From positions 4,340,001 to 4,404,000 of the forward strand of contig OX597817.1 in the NCBI GenBank assembly GCA_951406725.2: 64,000 nucleotides of DNA. The letters run 5' to 3'. The stretch comes from Octopus vulgaris. Taxonomy: Eukaryota. Shown here piece after piece: positions 25,547 to 38,878 of the stretch (positions are counted from its first letter, which is position 1; every line of letters begins with the position of its first letter). Below the pieces are notes generated by a model, which ran no database searches, was not told the origin of the DNA, and saw only the letters and a list, made by a program, of their open reading frames with translations. The translations under genes were made by a program, and so were the position numbers.

Positions 25547-25948
25547 CGCAGGAGTGGCTGTGTGGTAAGTAGCTTGCTAAACAACCACATGGTTCCGGGT
25601 TCAGTCCCACTGCGTGGCATCTTGGGCAAGTGTCTTCTGCTATAGCCCCGGGCCGACCAATGCCTTGTGAGTGGATTTGGTAGACGGAAGCTGAAAGAAG
25701 CCTGTCGTATATATGTATGTATATATATGTGTGTGCTTGTGTCTGTGTTTGCCCCCCTAGCATTGCTTGACAACCGATGCTGGTGTGTTTCCGTCTCCGT
25801 CACTTAGCGGTTCGGCAAATGAGACCGATAGAATAAGTACTGGGCTTACAAAGAATAAGTCCCTGGGTCGATTTGCTCGACTAAAGGCGGTGCTCCAGCA
25901 TGGCCGCAGTCAAATGACTGAAACAAGTAAAAGAGTAAAGAGTAAGAG
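25545..25948 (+). mobile_element. tRNA-derived SINE, group B (full-length, well preserved)
   Basis: GGCGCAGGAGTGGCTGTGTGGTAAG head, GGTTCAGTCCC, internal microsatellite, tail stem-loop and (GTAAAAGA)-like terminal repeats. Inserted in (TA)n. Confidence 0.92.
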
Positions 25949-25981
25949 TATATATATATATATATATATAAATAATAAAAA

Positions 25982-26023
<42 letters not shown>

Positions 26024-26069
26024 GCACGCACATACATACACATATATACGCGCATACACACAAACACTT

Positions 26070-26455
26070 CTTTAAGTTTCTCTCCACCAAATCCGCGCAC
26101 TAGGTTTTGGTCGAACCAGAGCTAAAGTAGAAGGCAATTGCCCAAGAGGTCGTACAAAAGGGACTTAACTCAACTTCACATGGCGTGGAAGCTAACTTCT
26201 TACCCACGCTTCAACGCCTATATTTATTCTTTTACTTGTTTCAGTCATTTTACTGCGGCCATGCTACCGCATCGCCTTAGTCGAACAAATCGATCCCAGG
26301 ACTTATTGTTTTTTAAGCTTCGTACTTATTCTATCGGTTTTTTTTTTTGCCGGAACGCTAATAACACACCACCATCGGTTGTCAAGCGATGGTGAGGAGA
26401 CAAACATAGACTCACAAACATACACACGCACACACACACACACACACGCACACGC

Positions 26456-26493
<38 letters not shown>

Positions 26494-26920
26494 TCACACA
26501 CAAACACGCATATATACGACAGGCTTCTTTCAGTTTCCGTCTACCAACTCCACTCACAAGGCTTTGGTCGGCCTGGTTGTACTTAATAAGTGAGCGGTTG
26601 TATGTGAGAAATCGACCCCGGGACTTATTCTTTGTAAGCCCAGTACTTATTCTATCGGTCTCTTTGCCGAACCGCTAAGTGACGGGACGTAAACACACCA
26701 GCATCGTTTGTCAAGCAATGCTAGGGAACAAACACAGACACACAAACTTATATATATATACATATATACGATGGGCTTCTTTCAGATTCCGTCTACCAAC
26801 TCCACTCACAAGGCTTTGGTGCTATAGCAGAAGACACTTGCCCAAGATGCCACGCAGTGGGACTGAACCCGGAACCATGTGGCTGGTTAGCAAGCTACTT
26901 ACCACACAGCTACTCCTGCA
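26070..26920 (-). mobile_element. Cluster of three minus-strand group B SINE pieces (26070-26218, 26225-26575, 26610-26920)
   Basis: Each piece is a reverse-complement match to part of 25545-25948. Confidence 0.85.
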
Positions 26921-26932
26921 CTTAGTTCATAA

Positions 26933-27435
26933 TATGAGGGGATGCTGAAAAATGCTGGCTTATTCCAGCGGTCCTTCACATTTTCTAAGCTCTATAAAAG
27001 AACTCGGAAGGACAGGCTTCTAAGCAGGCCTTTCGCGACAACCTTAAAGCTAGGAATTCTTTAATGCCCCACAACCAAGCACGAACATACATAAGACACT
27101 TGCCGAATGTGGCAAGCAGAAGGACTGAATACGAACTGTGTGCTTGCGAACCAAGCTTTCTATAACACAGCCACATAAAGTGACTGCTTAAAGCTTCCCC
27201 ATGCTGGATCATAAGCGTAATATTGTTGAATACTCAAGGAAACTAGTTAAACAGAAGTCGTTGGCTTTTGAAACGATATCTAGTTACTCTGTCCCAAGAT
27301 TGTTCATTGAATGATGGCCTACTGGCTGGTGACTTCAATTGTGCCCTGTGACTGATGTTCTTTTTACCTAGAATTGCTCACCGGCGTATCTCAACTACGA
27401 ACTGGCCCTCCATTGACTAGCGTGTATCCCTCAAG
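26933..27435. mobile_element. Probable mariner-derived remnant
   Basis: TATGAGGGGATGCTGAAAAATG resembles a mariner TIR (TA-CGAGGG..GAAAAGT). The interior is too decayed to translate confidently. Confidence 0.35.
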
Positions 27436-28153
27436 CATTTTATAATTTCTTTATCAAGCTATGCATATGCAGATGTCCGGAGCCATCCGTAGCCATCGAG
27501 AAGTACGTATGCGTGTGCGTGTAAGCATGTGTGTGTGTGTGTTTGTTTGTTTGTTTGTTTGTGTGTGTGTGTGTGTGTGTGTGCGTGCGTGTGTGTGCGT
27601 GTGTGTATGTGTGTGTAGGTATATATTTTGCAATTATACTCTGTCAAGTAATTTGGTCAGAGAGATTTTGATCTTCCAATATTTTGCTTTAAAAAAATGT
27701 GTTCTATTGAGTTCTTTCAAAAATTAGTTTGGAATTTTGATAAATGCTTCAGTGGCTTCTTTTAATGCTAGGTGCTAATGGGTTTTACTGACATTATTCA
27801 TTGTTTCCGAAAGGCTTCATACAAATGGATTTGATGGATTTAATCACTATCTCAGAAAGAAATAGTGCTAATGGATTAGATAAATTTAGATTTCATATTG
27901 TCAACACATATTATTAAACATAGGTTATTCTGTATGTGCATGTTTAAAGGGTTTCCTATTGGTGATTTGAACGTTGAGATAATCCATGCATTTATTAGAG
28001 CTACGTTTTATTTCCACTTCATAAATGAAATCTCAGTCATTCCCTGAAATGTCAAAAAAAATTTATATCTTGATTTTACAATTCCCATCTCACGTTATTA
28101 TTTGTTTTCACTTTTCATCATATTTATATGTATCAACAAGTGTATACATACAG

Positions 28154-28214
<61 letters not shown>

Positions 28215-28220
<6 letters not shown>

Positions 28221-28335
28221 CATATATACGAACATATATTTACATTTGTATGCATGTGTATGTGTGTGTGTGTATATATATATATATGTATATATATATA
28301 TACATATAATTATGTATGTACATATATGTATGCAT

Positions 28336-28380
<45 letters not shown>

Positions 28381-28520
28381 TATCTATATATATATACATA
28401 CCTATATACGAACATATATTTACATTTGTATGCATGTGTATGTGTGTGTATATATATATATATATGTATATATATACATATAATTATGCATGTACATATA
28501 TGTATGCATACACATACGTA

Positions 28521-28555
<35 letters not shown>
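28215..28555. repeat. ~180 bp tandem duplication of microsatellite-rich sequence
   Basis: TATACGAACATATATTTACATTTGTATGCATG occurs at ~28225 and ~28405, and the downstream variants are also repeated. Confidence 0.85.
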
Positions 28556-28556
<1 letters not shown>

Positions 28557-29269
28557 GATACATGTATTAATATGTACACGTATATGTGTATATGTATGTA
28601 TATATGTATGTGCCGTATGTGTGTGTTCGTGTATGTGTGTGTATGTGTTAGTGCAAAACCGTAAATATTTTTTATTTGCATGCCGTATAGCATTTTAAAC
28701 GAGTTTTTTTTCCCTTTATACAGCATTTAAAATGGAGATATTACCATTCTCATAATCTATGAAATATCTTGTCAACGTAAGATTTCAAAATCACATTTCA
28801 AATTTACATGCGTCTATTTTTTTTAGTCAAATTGCATAGATTTTTACAATTGAGATATATATAATACAATCCTTAAAGTTATACACATACATGCGTACAT
28901 TCATACATGCATTTATATGCATGTTTATGGTGATAAATGCATGTGGGTGTGTATTAACATATCTCTATTTCTGAACATACCTACAAGCCTACCTAGCCAT
29001 ATATATACACACACTCTCACACACATGCACACGCGCGCACACACATATGTGTGTGTACATGTATCTACCCACCTACTTACTTATCTACCTACCTACCTAC
29101 CTACCTACCTACCTACCTACCTACCTACCTACCTACCTATTTCTCTCTTTCACTCTCTCACTCTACCTATCTGCTTAGCTACCTACCTGCCCACCAAATT
29201 ATCTATCTATCTATTGACCTATCTATCAGTATATTCATTTACCTACCTACCAAACTACAAATCTATTTC

Positions 29270-29495
29270 TTTACTACCCACAGACGGCTAAATACAGAGG
29301 GGACAAATAAGGACAGAAAAACAGATTAAGTCGATTATATCGAGCCCAGTGCGTAACTGGTACTTATTTAATCGACCCCGAAAGGATGAAAGGCAAAGTC
29401 GACCTGGGTGGAATTTGAACTCAGAACGTAGCGGCAGACGAATTACCGCTAAGCATTTCGCCCGGCGTGCTTACGGTTCTGCCAGCTCGCTCGCC
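29270..29495 (-). mobile_element. tRNA-derived SINE, group C
   Basis: Reverse complement of 51829-52061, including GCCTTTCATCCTTTCGGGGTCGAT. Confidence 0.9.
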
Positions 29496-29664
29496 TTTAC
29501 CTAACTACATACTTACCTACCTACCTACCTACATACCTCTCTCTCTCTCTCTCTCTGTCGGTCTGTCGTTCTGTCTGTCTGTTTGTTTGTCTGTGAACTT
29601 GAGGTCATTTCAGCATAAAGTGTCCGTCTAATTAAAGCCAGTTGTTTTTCACCACGTCTTCGTG

Positions 29665-29958
29665 CTTTTACTCTTTTACTTGTTTCAGTCATTTGACTGC
29701 GGCCATGCTGGAGCACCGCCTTTAGTCGAGCAAATGCTAGGGGGACAAACACAGACACACAAACACACACACACATACATATATATACATATATACGACA
29801 GGCTTCCTTCAGTTTCCGTCTACCAAATCCACTAACAAGGCATTGGTCAGCTCGGGGCTATAGCAGAAGACACATGCCCAAGATGCCACGCAGTGGGACT
29901 GATCCCGGAACCATGTGGTTGGTTAGCAAGCTACTTACCACACAGCCACTCTTGCTCC
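29665..29958 (-). mobile_element. Group B SINE with an internal deletion
   Basis: Head and tail present. The segment between GAGCAAAT and GCTAGGGG is missing relative to 25545-25948. Confidence 0.9.
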
Positions 29959-30461
29959 ATATATACCTATCTGTCTATCTATATATATGTGCGGTCAATC
30001 ATTCATATCTAATCCTATATTTCTGAATTCGGAATTTCTTTTACTATGTAACAGCATATGAATTTCTGTAACAGACATATGAATTTCAAAAATCGAACCC
30101 ATCAGTTTATATTAGGAAGCACGTACTTCCTCTGCACCAAATGTGTATCACACTGATTGTCTTCTTATTTGATGAAGAGGCGATTTTCTTGTCCTTACGA
30201 ACAGCAAGCTCACCTCTAAAATGGCGTTCGTTCATTCTCGTTTTCATTTTACTTGGCTTCAGTGATCAGGCAGCAGCCAAAGTCGGGTGCAGTGGTAGAT
30301 ATTCTGGTTGATTACGTTGCCTTGATCTTTCGTCTGAATCTTGTGTATACTAAATTGAGTCATAAAACGAATCAAATCGGCGTGGCTGGGATCTTAAAAC
30401 ATAAATGGGTATTACAGAGGGGGAGCGCTAATCACTGATAAGTAACATTGCAATGTTATTA

Positions 30462-31592
30462 TCAGTCCGAATATGCTCAAGGCACGTTCGAACCGGTGAA
30501 ATAGCTACTCACTGCGTTTTGTCACGGGAAATATGTCCCGTTTGTTGACAAATGGTGTGTATACACCTATATCATGAGCTCGCAGCACCGTCTACCCAGA
30601 CCGTGCGATGACCGGGCAGGCGGCGTTGCGAGCTGATTTGAAGAGACTAATTCTCTAATGCTTTCCCAGATGCCATACGGCTACTGGCAGCGCTGTGCGG
30701 CGGCACATCGTACGTAAATTACATGAGCCACCACACAGCGTTGCCAGTCGCCGTATGGTGACTGGAAAAGTATAAGAGGATTAATCTCTGCAATCAGCTG
30801 GCAGCGAAATTTTTTTCCCACGAGAATTCCGGACCCTCTGTAATGAACTCATTTGCATACAGCCAATCAGAGCTCACCTTGATCTTGTTGTCAAGTTAAC
30901 ACAGATTGACATACAAAATGGCGACCTCTGATTCTCACGCGAATCTTGTATTTTGCTCTCATTCGGATGCCAATATCATTGATATTGAACACATACGTTG
31001 GTTAGCGGTAACTTTGAATTATTATAGCAATCAAAGATAATGAGTTTGACGAAAATGAAAGTATGGAAACAGCTTGAGGATTTTATGAATACACATTCAT
31101 TCATTGATACGAATTATGGACGAGTGTGCATTGTTACTGTGTCCTATCTTGTCTGCATTTTCCTGTGGTCTTCAGCGAAAAACGAGTTTTATTCATTTTA
31201 TGAGCTTTTGAAAAACAAAACAAATAACAATACAAATAACTACGCAGAGGCAGCCATGTTTGAAAGAAGAAAATCAACAAAATTTATTAAAAGAGAAAAG
31301 AAGCATGGTCATTGCTTACCCAACTGACCTTATCTTGTTGCCCATCACTTGTTATGCGCTCATAAATTAGTTTGATAGTTGAGCTCTGGTTGGCTGTACG
31401 CAAATGACTTTATAACGGGTCCGGAACTCTCGTGGAAAAAAAATTCAGTGCACCGTCTGAGCAAACAGCGCTACGAGCTGATATAGGTGTATACACATCA
31501 TTTGTCAACAAACAGGATACATTTTCCGTGACAAAACGCAGTGAGTAGCTTGTTCACCGGTCCGAACGTACCCCAAAGCTTATTCTGACTGA
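30462..31592. mobile_element. Non-autonomous long-TIR (foldback/MITE-like) DNA element with nested palindromes
   Basis: 30462-30607 pairs with 31448-31592, and 30807-30878 pairs with 31378-31446. Internal palindrome at ~30625-30806. No transposase ORF. Confidence 0.8.
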
Positions 31593-32051
31593 ATTAATGG
31601 GTATGACCAAAAATCACAGAGCAATTTCTCTCACGCACTACAATTTCTGAATAACTAGATACTTACATACATGCATACATACGTACACACATACACGCAC
31701 GCGCACATGCATATATATTTTATTTAGTATCACGCCCTGTGACACATATTTTCTGACGCCTCCATTAGTTTAAAAAAATGATTGGGAATTTTTACATTCT
31801 GATACTTGGTTTACGTTTTTTATGTTAGTCTATTTACAAATGTTTTAGACTTCAACTATATGCCATATATAGCAAAATAGAATGATTATATGTGCTGTGA
31901 GCAGAGAAGAATTTATAACTTTCTGGTGAGAAGTCATCTTCGAAGATTAAGAAAGTTATTCAATTTTATGCTTTGTCTTTTCGTTTATTAATATTTTTGT
32001 TGTCGGTTAGAAACACCCGTATTGTTTTCGTTTTAGTATTTGAATATAGCA

Positions 32052-32257
32052 TATTCTACCTCCTTTCAATGTCCATGTTTGAGAAGAATGTTGCCTGTTT
32101 CTATTTTTATCTCTGAATTACACCATTTTTTTGTGTATACCTTCCCTTGAACGAGTTGCGTGTCATTCCAACATACGCCTTTGCTACCACGTTTGGGTCC
32201 GTAAGGGAAATGGCTGACTGTTGATTTGTAGTATACAGTAGCTATGTTTAATATACT

Positions 32258-32297
<40 letters not shown>

Positions 32298-33324
32298 TGA
32301 GGGTACTACTATTCGTAGATACCACACGTTAAGAGGGACCAATGCGGTCAAAATTACTAAAATGAACAAAATTTTACCGAATGCAAAACTTCAAAGCAAA
32401 TCATTTAAAAAAAGAATTTAGTTACATATATCACCTGTGATTTCGCAATTAATGCAGAATATGCATTCTATGTTCATCAGTGCAACAAACTCAAGATATA
32501 TAAGAAAAAAACATAACGTTACAAACTCGATAGCCAACCGTAGAAACGTCGTAGCATGTACGAATGTTTATCTTTACATATCTATGAAAATGGCGGGCTT
32601 ATTCGCAATATATATATATATATATATATTCTATATTTTATACTTCGTTTCTCTTCTTTTAATTATTCCTTCTGTTAAACTTACCAGTCACTTTGCTGAT
32701 TCCTCTTTCTTAGATATAAATTAAAATTTTCTGGAACTTTCGCATCGACCATGTATCTTACTTCTAGAAAATTTTCTTACTCAGCATTGATCGTGTTAAC
32801 TTCACCAAGTCATCCCCGTCCATTTGCTAAATTTACTGTTGCTTTAAAGTATTCGTTTCAATGTTATACTAAAATAATAGAAAGTAACTGGAAATGTTAA
32901 CCGACGCTATGTAATAGGAAAACTATTGCTATTTATAGTACGCGTATCTTTCTGAACAGAAATCTTTAACATACTAATGCTCACAGAGCCTATTTAGGAT
33001 GAGATATCTATGGGAAATTCAACATTCCCAAATTTAACGTAATAAGAAATAATGAGTTGTATTATAATTACAATGCCCCACGCTTTCGTGGAGGGACATG
33101 ATGAGTTGTATCTAACACAGAATGATGCTGAAAATTAATTTATCAACTCCAGCATGTAAAGAGACATAACGAAATACTGTAGGCTAAATATTCATGTGTT
33201 TCCCCTGAAAATGTAATTTAGGCATTCAGAGAGCTTCTCTAAGAACTTAATCTACTTTCTTCATGCATATTTATTCTTTTTACCTTAAAATCATACTGAA
33301 CACACATAGACACACACACACACA

Positions 33325-33407
<83 letters not shown>

Positions 33408-34095
33408 GCACGCACGTACACACATCAGGATATGCATAGCTCATTATGAGATCAATTAACTAATATATTACAAAATATTTGTATTATTTCCATAAAATAT
33501 TCATCTGAGCTTCTAATGTGAGTTACATATGAAGCATATACTAAAGCTTATGACGGGCCGTGCGTCATGACGGGAATTATTCACTTGCCACGGAAGTTAA
33601 AACACGGGGTGTATTAATCATGAGTTATGACATCACACCTGTACAAAGGCTATGAAAAATATATAAAAGTGCCCTTTTAAAGCCTAGCCAGGCTCATGGG
33701 CCCGGTTTCCTGGTTTCAATGGCGTATGTGTTCCCCAGCTGGACAGGACGCCAGACCATCACAGCGTTACTCCTTTTTGCCAGCTGAGTGGACTGGAGCA
33801 ACGTGAAATGAAGTGTTTTGCTCAAGAACACAACGCGTCGCTCGGTTGAGGAATCGAAACCACAATCCTACGATCATGATGCTGATACCCTAATCAATAA
33901 GCCACGCGCCTCCACGTACAAAAGTTATACTAAATAATATTTTTTTTTTCTCAACGATGGCTTAGCTGGCCGAAACTTCGATATCACTGTGAATAATAGT
34001 CTTGTTTAAGAATAATAAATGTGTACTCTACGAAAATATGAAGTAGCCCATCAGAATAAGGAAGTGCGTTATTATAACTGAGTATATAAAAAAAC

Positions 34096-34164
<69 letters not shown>

Positions 34165-34375
34165 TGTATATAAAACATAGCTACGGAATTCTACAAATCA
34201 ACAGACAGCCATTTCCCTTACGGACCCAAACGGAGTAGCAAAGGTGTCTGTCGGAATGACAAGCAACTCGTTCAAGGGATTTTATACACAAAAACTAGTA
34301 TAATTCAGAGATAAAAATAGAAACAAAACATGCACCATCCTCGTCAAATATGGATATTGAAATAAGGTAGAATAA
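32052..34375. repeat. Inverted repeat pair (32052-32262 and 34160-34375), each abutting (TA)n on its inner side
   Basis: TTTGGGTCCGTAAGGGAAATGGCTG (~32192) versus CAGCCATTTCCCTTACGGACCCAAA (~34206), with similarity extending ~200 bp. Confidence 0.85.
33654..33916 (-). mobile_element. tRNA-derived SINE, group A head and core with an alternative tail
   Basis: Reverse complement shares head and core with 44766-45099 up to GCTGGCAAAAA, then diverges. Imperfect flanking repeat GTACAAAGGCTAT/GTACAAAAGTTAT. Confidence 0.85.
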
Positions 34376-35056
34376 CCAACCCCCAAATAGACAGGAAAAT
34401 TATTGTTAAAGCCCCAAAATACAGAGGGTGTGATACCAAATGTGAACTGTGTATTACTGAAAAACTAAGCATTATACAATCGACAGATAATATCTTAAAT
34501 ATAGTCGATGAAATCTTCTCTCCCAGCATGGAAAAGCGATATTTTACACACACACACACTCATATATATATATAGGAGAATTAGAAGTTGAATATGCACT
34601 GAGAATAAATATTTGAAGCTTTAATCGGTTTCATAGTCTACACTGGTTTTCAAAAAGTTCAAATTGAAAGACGTGGCTTATATTGCAGCTGCCTTGCTTC
34701 TGACTTGTGTTTGAAGTCTGCCCTGGTTTTATATGGCTCAAATTATTATGTTTTGAATAGGATTTGATTAGTAAAGGATACTCAAACAATTGGTCTTAGA
34801 AATTTCTGTAGGTTCCCCGCTACGTCCGTGGGTTAGTATTAAGTAACAATGTTTGGCATCGAAAGTTAAGGCTGTCCCGGTTGACTGAACAAGTTCAAAA
34901 ATCAATGCTCTGTGAAATGTTTGTAGAGATTGAACAAATGATTAAGTTTATAAGTTTTAGTACATTTCCGTGCGTTAGTGTCACGTGACAGTATATTTTG
35001 CACCTACAAAGTTGGCCGACACGGTTGAGTGAAAATGTTTATATATAATTATATAC

Positions 35057-35145
<89 letters not shown>

Positions 35146-35190
35146 TGAAAGACGTGTATATATATAATAATTATATATATAATTATATAC

Positions 35191-35288
<98 letters not shown>

Positions 35289-35380
35289 ATATATATATAT
35301 ATACAGACAGGCATATTAAGTGCAAAACAATGGAAAAAAATAGTACTCGAATACCCGTTACGCTTTATTATAAAAGCTGC

Positions 35381-35486
35381 AAAATATTCACAGAACATTT
35401 ACTCAGAGTTTCACGTTCCCATTCGTCGCGCAGTTTTGACGAACGGGAGCCTGGAAAATCCTGAATTACAGTTCTGTGAATATTTT
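35381..35486. repeat. ~105 bp hairpin
   Basis: AAAATATTCACAGAAC...GTTCTGTGAATATTTT outer stem with inner TTCGTC/GACGAA pairing. Confidence 0.85.
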
Positions 35487-35726
35487 TCATATATATATAT
35501 AATATAATATATATATATATATATATATAATATAAAAGATAGAAGGGGAAATAGCACAGTAGTAAATCTAAGATATCTGAAATTAGAAGGAATACGATAA
35601 AAACATTTAAAATCTCTATAAGGAAAATATCGAATATTACGTTTTTCATGATGAATCTCATCAAATATTAGTAAAGATTTTAAAAAATTTGAAATAAAAA
35701 CAGTTTATCTTCTGTCTGGGAGTCAG

Positions 35727-35850
35727 TATGTATGTATGTATGTATGTATGTATGTATGTATGTATGTATGTATGTATGTATGTATGTATGTATGCATGTA
35801 TGTATGTATGTATGTATGTATGTATGTATGTATGTACGTATGTATGTATG
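35727..35850. repeat. (TATG)n microsatellite
   Basis: Direct reading of the sequence. Confidence 0.95.
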
Positions 35851-36233
35851 TCTTTTCTATTTTTTAATTATTACAATTATTTTTTAAGTAAATTATATGC
35901 TTATATCTCTCTGAGATATTTAGAAATTTAATATGTCTATTTTTGGTGATCAGTGAATTCATATACTTCACTGAAATCATATATATATCTTTATGTTTAC
36001 AAAGTCTAGACTGGTATCTTCAGCTAGCAGGCCATGCTACTCCAGATTGATGACGAACATGTCTCTGGGTGCATGCTTAGCTGGATGGGGATGCATGTCT
36101 ACCCTTTCTAAACATACGGACACAGGAAATGTGTCAAGGCCGACAGGAAGCGTTGATGCTTCCTAGGGCTAAATAACGGTAGTGTGATTCCCTTTATGGG
36201 ACTGTCATGTTAAGTTGACTGTATACAACTGCT

Positions 36234-36315
<82 letters not shown>

Positions 36316-36594
36316 CTATATAAATAAGGATAAGATCGTTAATTTAATGATCGATCTTATCACGTTACCAGCATGGGAACACATACCTTCAAAGGTTAAT
36401 AATTATTATTAAATTTATAATTTAGGGTATCTAAGAATTTCAGCTTCACCATCATAGTTATATATCTATACTTACGAGTCCCACCAGGAGAGAAGACAAA
36501 AGGACAAGATGAGCTAGCAAATAAGCATTTAATGTGGTTTTAGAGTCATGTTTTGGCTGCTATTTCCAGCGTGGAGCTATCTCTTAGAAACCCG

Positions 36595-36646
<52 letters not shown>

Positions 36647-36824
36647 TTGTACGATACAAATAAGATGATATCTTTTTTGTACGCTGAGTTGGCGTTAGAA
36701 GTGCAGAAATACTGGGTAAGTTCCCCTTACAATACACATTTCGATGCTTCTAATTAAAGCAACTGTTTGTTTGTTTACATTTTGCATACACACACGCAGA
36801 CACACACACACACACATACACACA

Positions 36825-36863
<39 letters not shown>

Positions 36864-37619
36864 GCACATTATTCATAACGAAGAGGCGAACAGAGATTTA
36901 TTCACATCCACAACGTTTTAATTAAAGGTTTTCAACTGCATATATAACACTGACCTACTTGATACGGCTGCAGCGACTGCGCATTTCTTTCTATGCAATT
37001 ATGCATCCTATTCACTGCGATTTCATCAAGGGTCCATCACACACGACGTTTTCAAATTGAACTTATTCAAGCAAGCGTAGGTATTCAGTTGAAGGTGATA
37101 TCGTGACATGTTAAATGCAATGGAATTCTGGTTTTATAATCACCTCTACTTATTATTGTCCCAGATTCCTATCATAAATTCATCATGCTTTTCCACCTAG
37201 ATTTACCTCCACCTAACTCATTTGCATGCATCGTTTTTGTCCTGCTTTTCATCCATCAACCTGTACATAACAGCACCTTCCATTTTTTGTTGCTTTTGTA
37301 CTGCTTAAAGGCATGTTTCTTTCCTGCCAAGCTTATTGTTTAAACCATGTTTGTGTTCTCCCAGTCAACAGCCTTATCCATTACTGGTACTTTAAACTCT
37401 TCGGTTGCATATTTGTGTGAATGAAGTCGTTTTCCTTTGGAATAGAAAAAAAGTCTATCTTTATTTCTTCTTTTGCTGGTGTCTCAAATTTAGGTGAAAT
37501 CAGTATTTCTCAAACGGGAGGCCTATGGGGCGGTCGGACAAGTTGTTTTGAGAAAATTTGGTTTAAATGTTTGACAACTCAGCACCGTCCATTGGACGGG
37601 GTGGGGAGGCGTTTTGCTC

Positions 37620-37667
<48 letters not shown>

Positions 37668-37703
37668 ACATACAGACATACGCGAACACAGACACACACA
37701 CAT

Positions 37704-37767
<64 letters not shown>

Positions 37768-37792
37768 TAGATAGATAGATAAATAGACAGAC

Positions 37793-37875
<83 letters not shown>

Positions 37876-38730
37876 CAGATATAGATAAGGATGTGAGTTA
37901 GTCTACACCGGCTAATCTGTGCCGGTTTCGAGTTATATATGTTGTAGTAATGAAATCAAATCGAATAGTAATATTTTGAATTCAACTAATACGTATGTTT
38001 CGGATTTGGTAATATATAATATGAAATGCATGGTGATGTATGTATAATGGAATACTTTGGAGAAAATGTAAGCAAAACTTAGCAAATGACTGTAAAATCT
38101 ATTCTGAGACAGACTAGAAGATAATCGATCTGACACGTGGGGTTCTAATTTTGGACAACTCATTAGAAACAGCGTTCAGTCTTCTCTTCCTGGAGTAATT
38201 GTGTATTTTGTCAATCCTATCGGGATTTCACAAAACTGGTAAATCCGATTTGCTTAAATAGACATTTTTCTGGTGGATAGCTCAATTAATTATTAATGAG
38301 CAACACGGCATTGATTTGGATTACGAGAGAATTTATCTGCTTTTGTAACAGCACAAGTTTTAGTCGGCGCCGTATGTGTAATCGAATACGTCAGGTAGAT
38401 GTTTAATAAACATGTAAACCATATCTACCCCGACGAAAAATTAGTTACACTTCTCTTCTCTACCTTTCTCTCATTCGATTAATCTCTTTCTGTCTGCCTC
38501 TCACTTTCTGTTTGTGTATTAGTATGTATGTATGTATGTATGTATGTATATATGTATGTATGATTGTATGTATGTATGTATGTATGTATGCATGTATGTA
38601 TGTATGTATGTATGTATGTCTGCATATATGTATGTATGTCTGCATGTATGTATGTATGTATGTATGCATGTATGTATGTATGATTGTATGTATGTATGTA
38701 TGTATGTATGCATGCATGTATGTATGTATG

Positions 38731-38840
38731 GCGTTATTCAGTTTAATTCAAAATTTCTTGCCAATAGAGAAAGAACCGATTTCTAACCGAGATCGAAAGC
38801 TTCTTCATTGGAATTTCAACATGTACAACAGGGTATTTTT
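38731..38840 (-). mobile_element. ~110 bp dispersed unit embedded in (TATG)n; inverted relative to three tandem copies at 49853-50736
   Basis: GCGTTATTCAGTTTAATTCAAAATTTCTTGCCAATAGAGAAAGAACC... is a near-exact reverse complement of 49853-49962, 50242-50350 and 50628-50736. Confidence 0.9.
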
Positions 38841-38842
38841 TA

Positions 38843-38878
<36 letters not shown>

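Noticed and set aside
30142-30312. 56-aa hydrophobic ORF (MCITLIVF..SFILVFILLG..)
   Set aside because: Short, with no recognisable domain or splice support. Hydrophobicity is expected from T-rich DNA.
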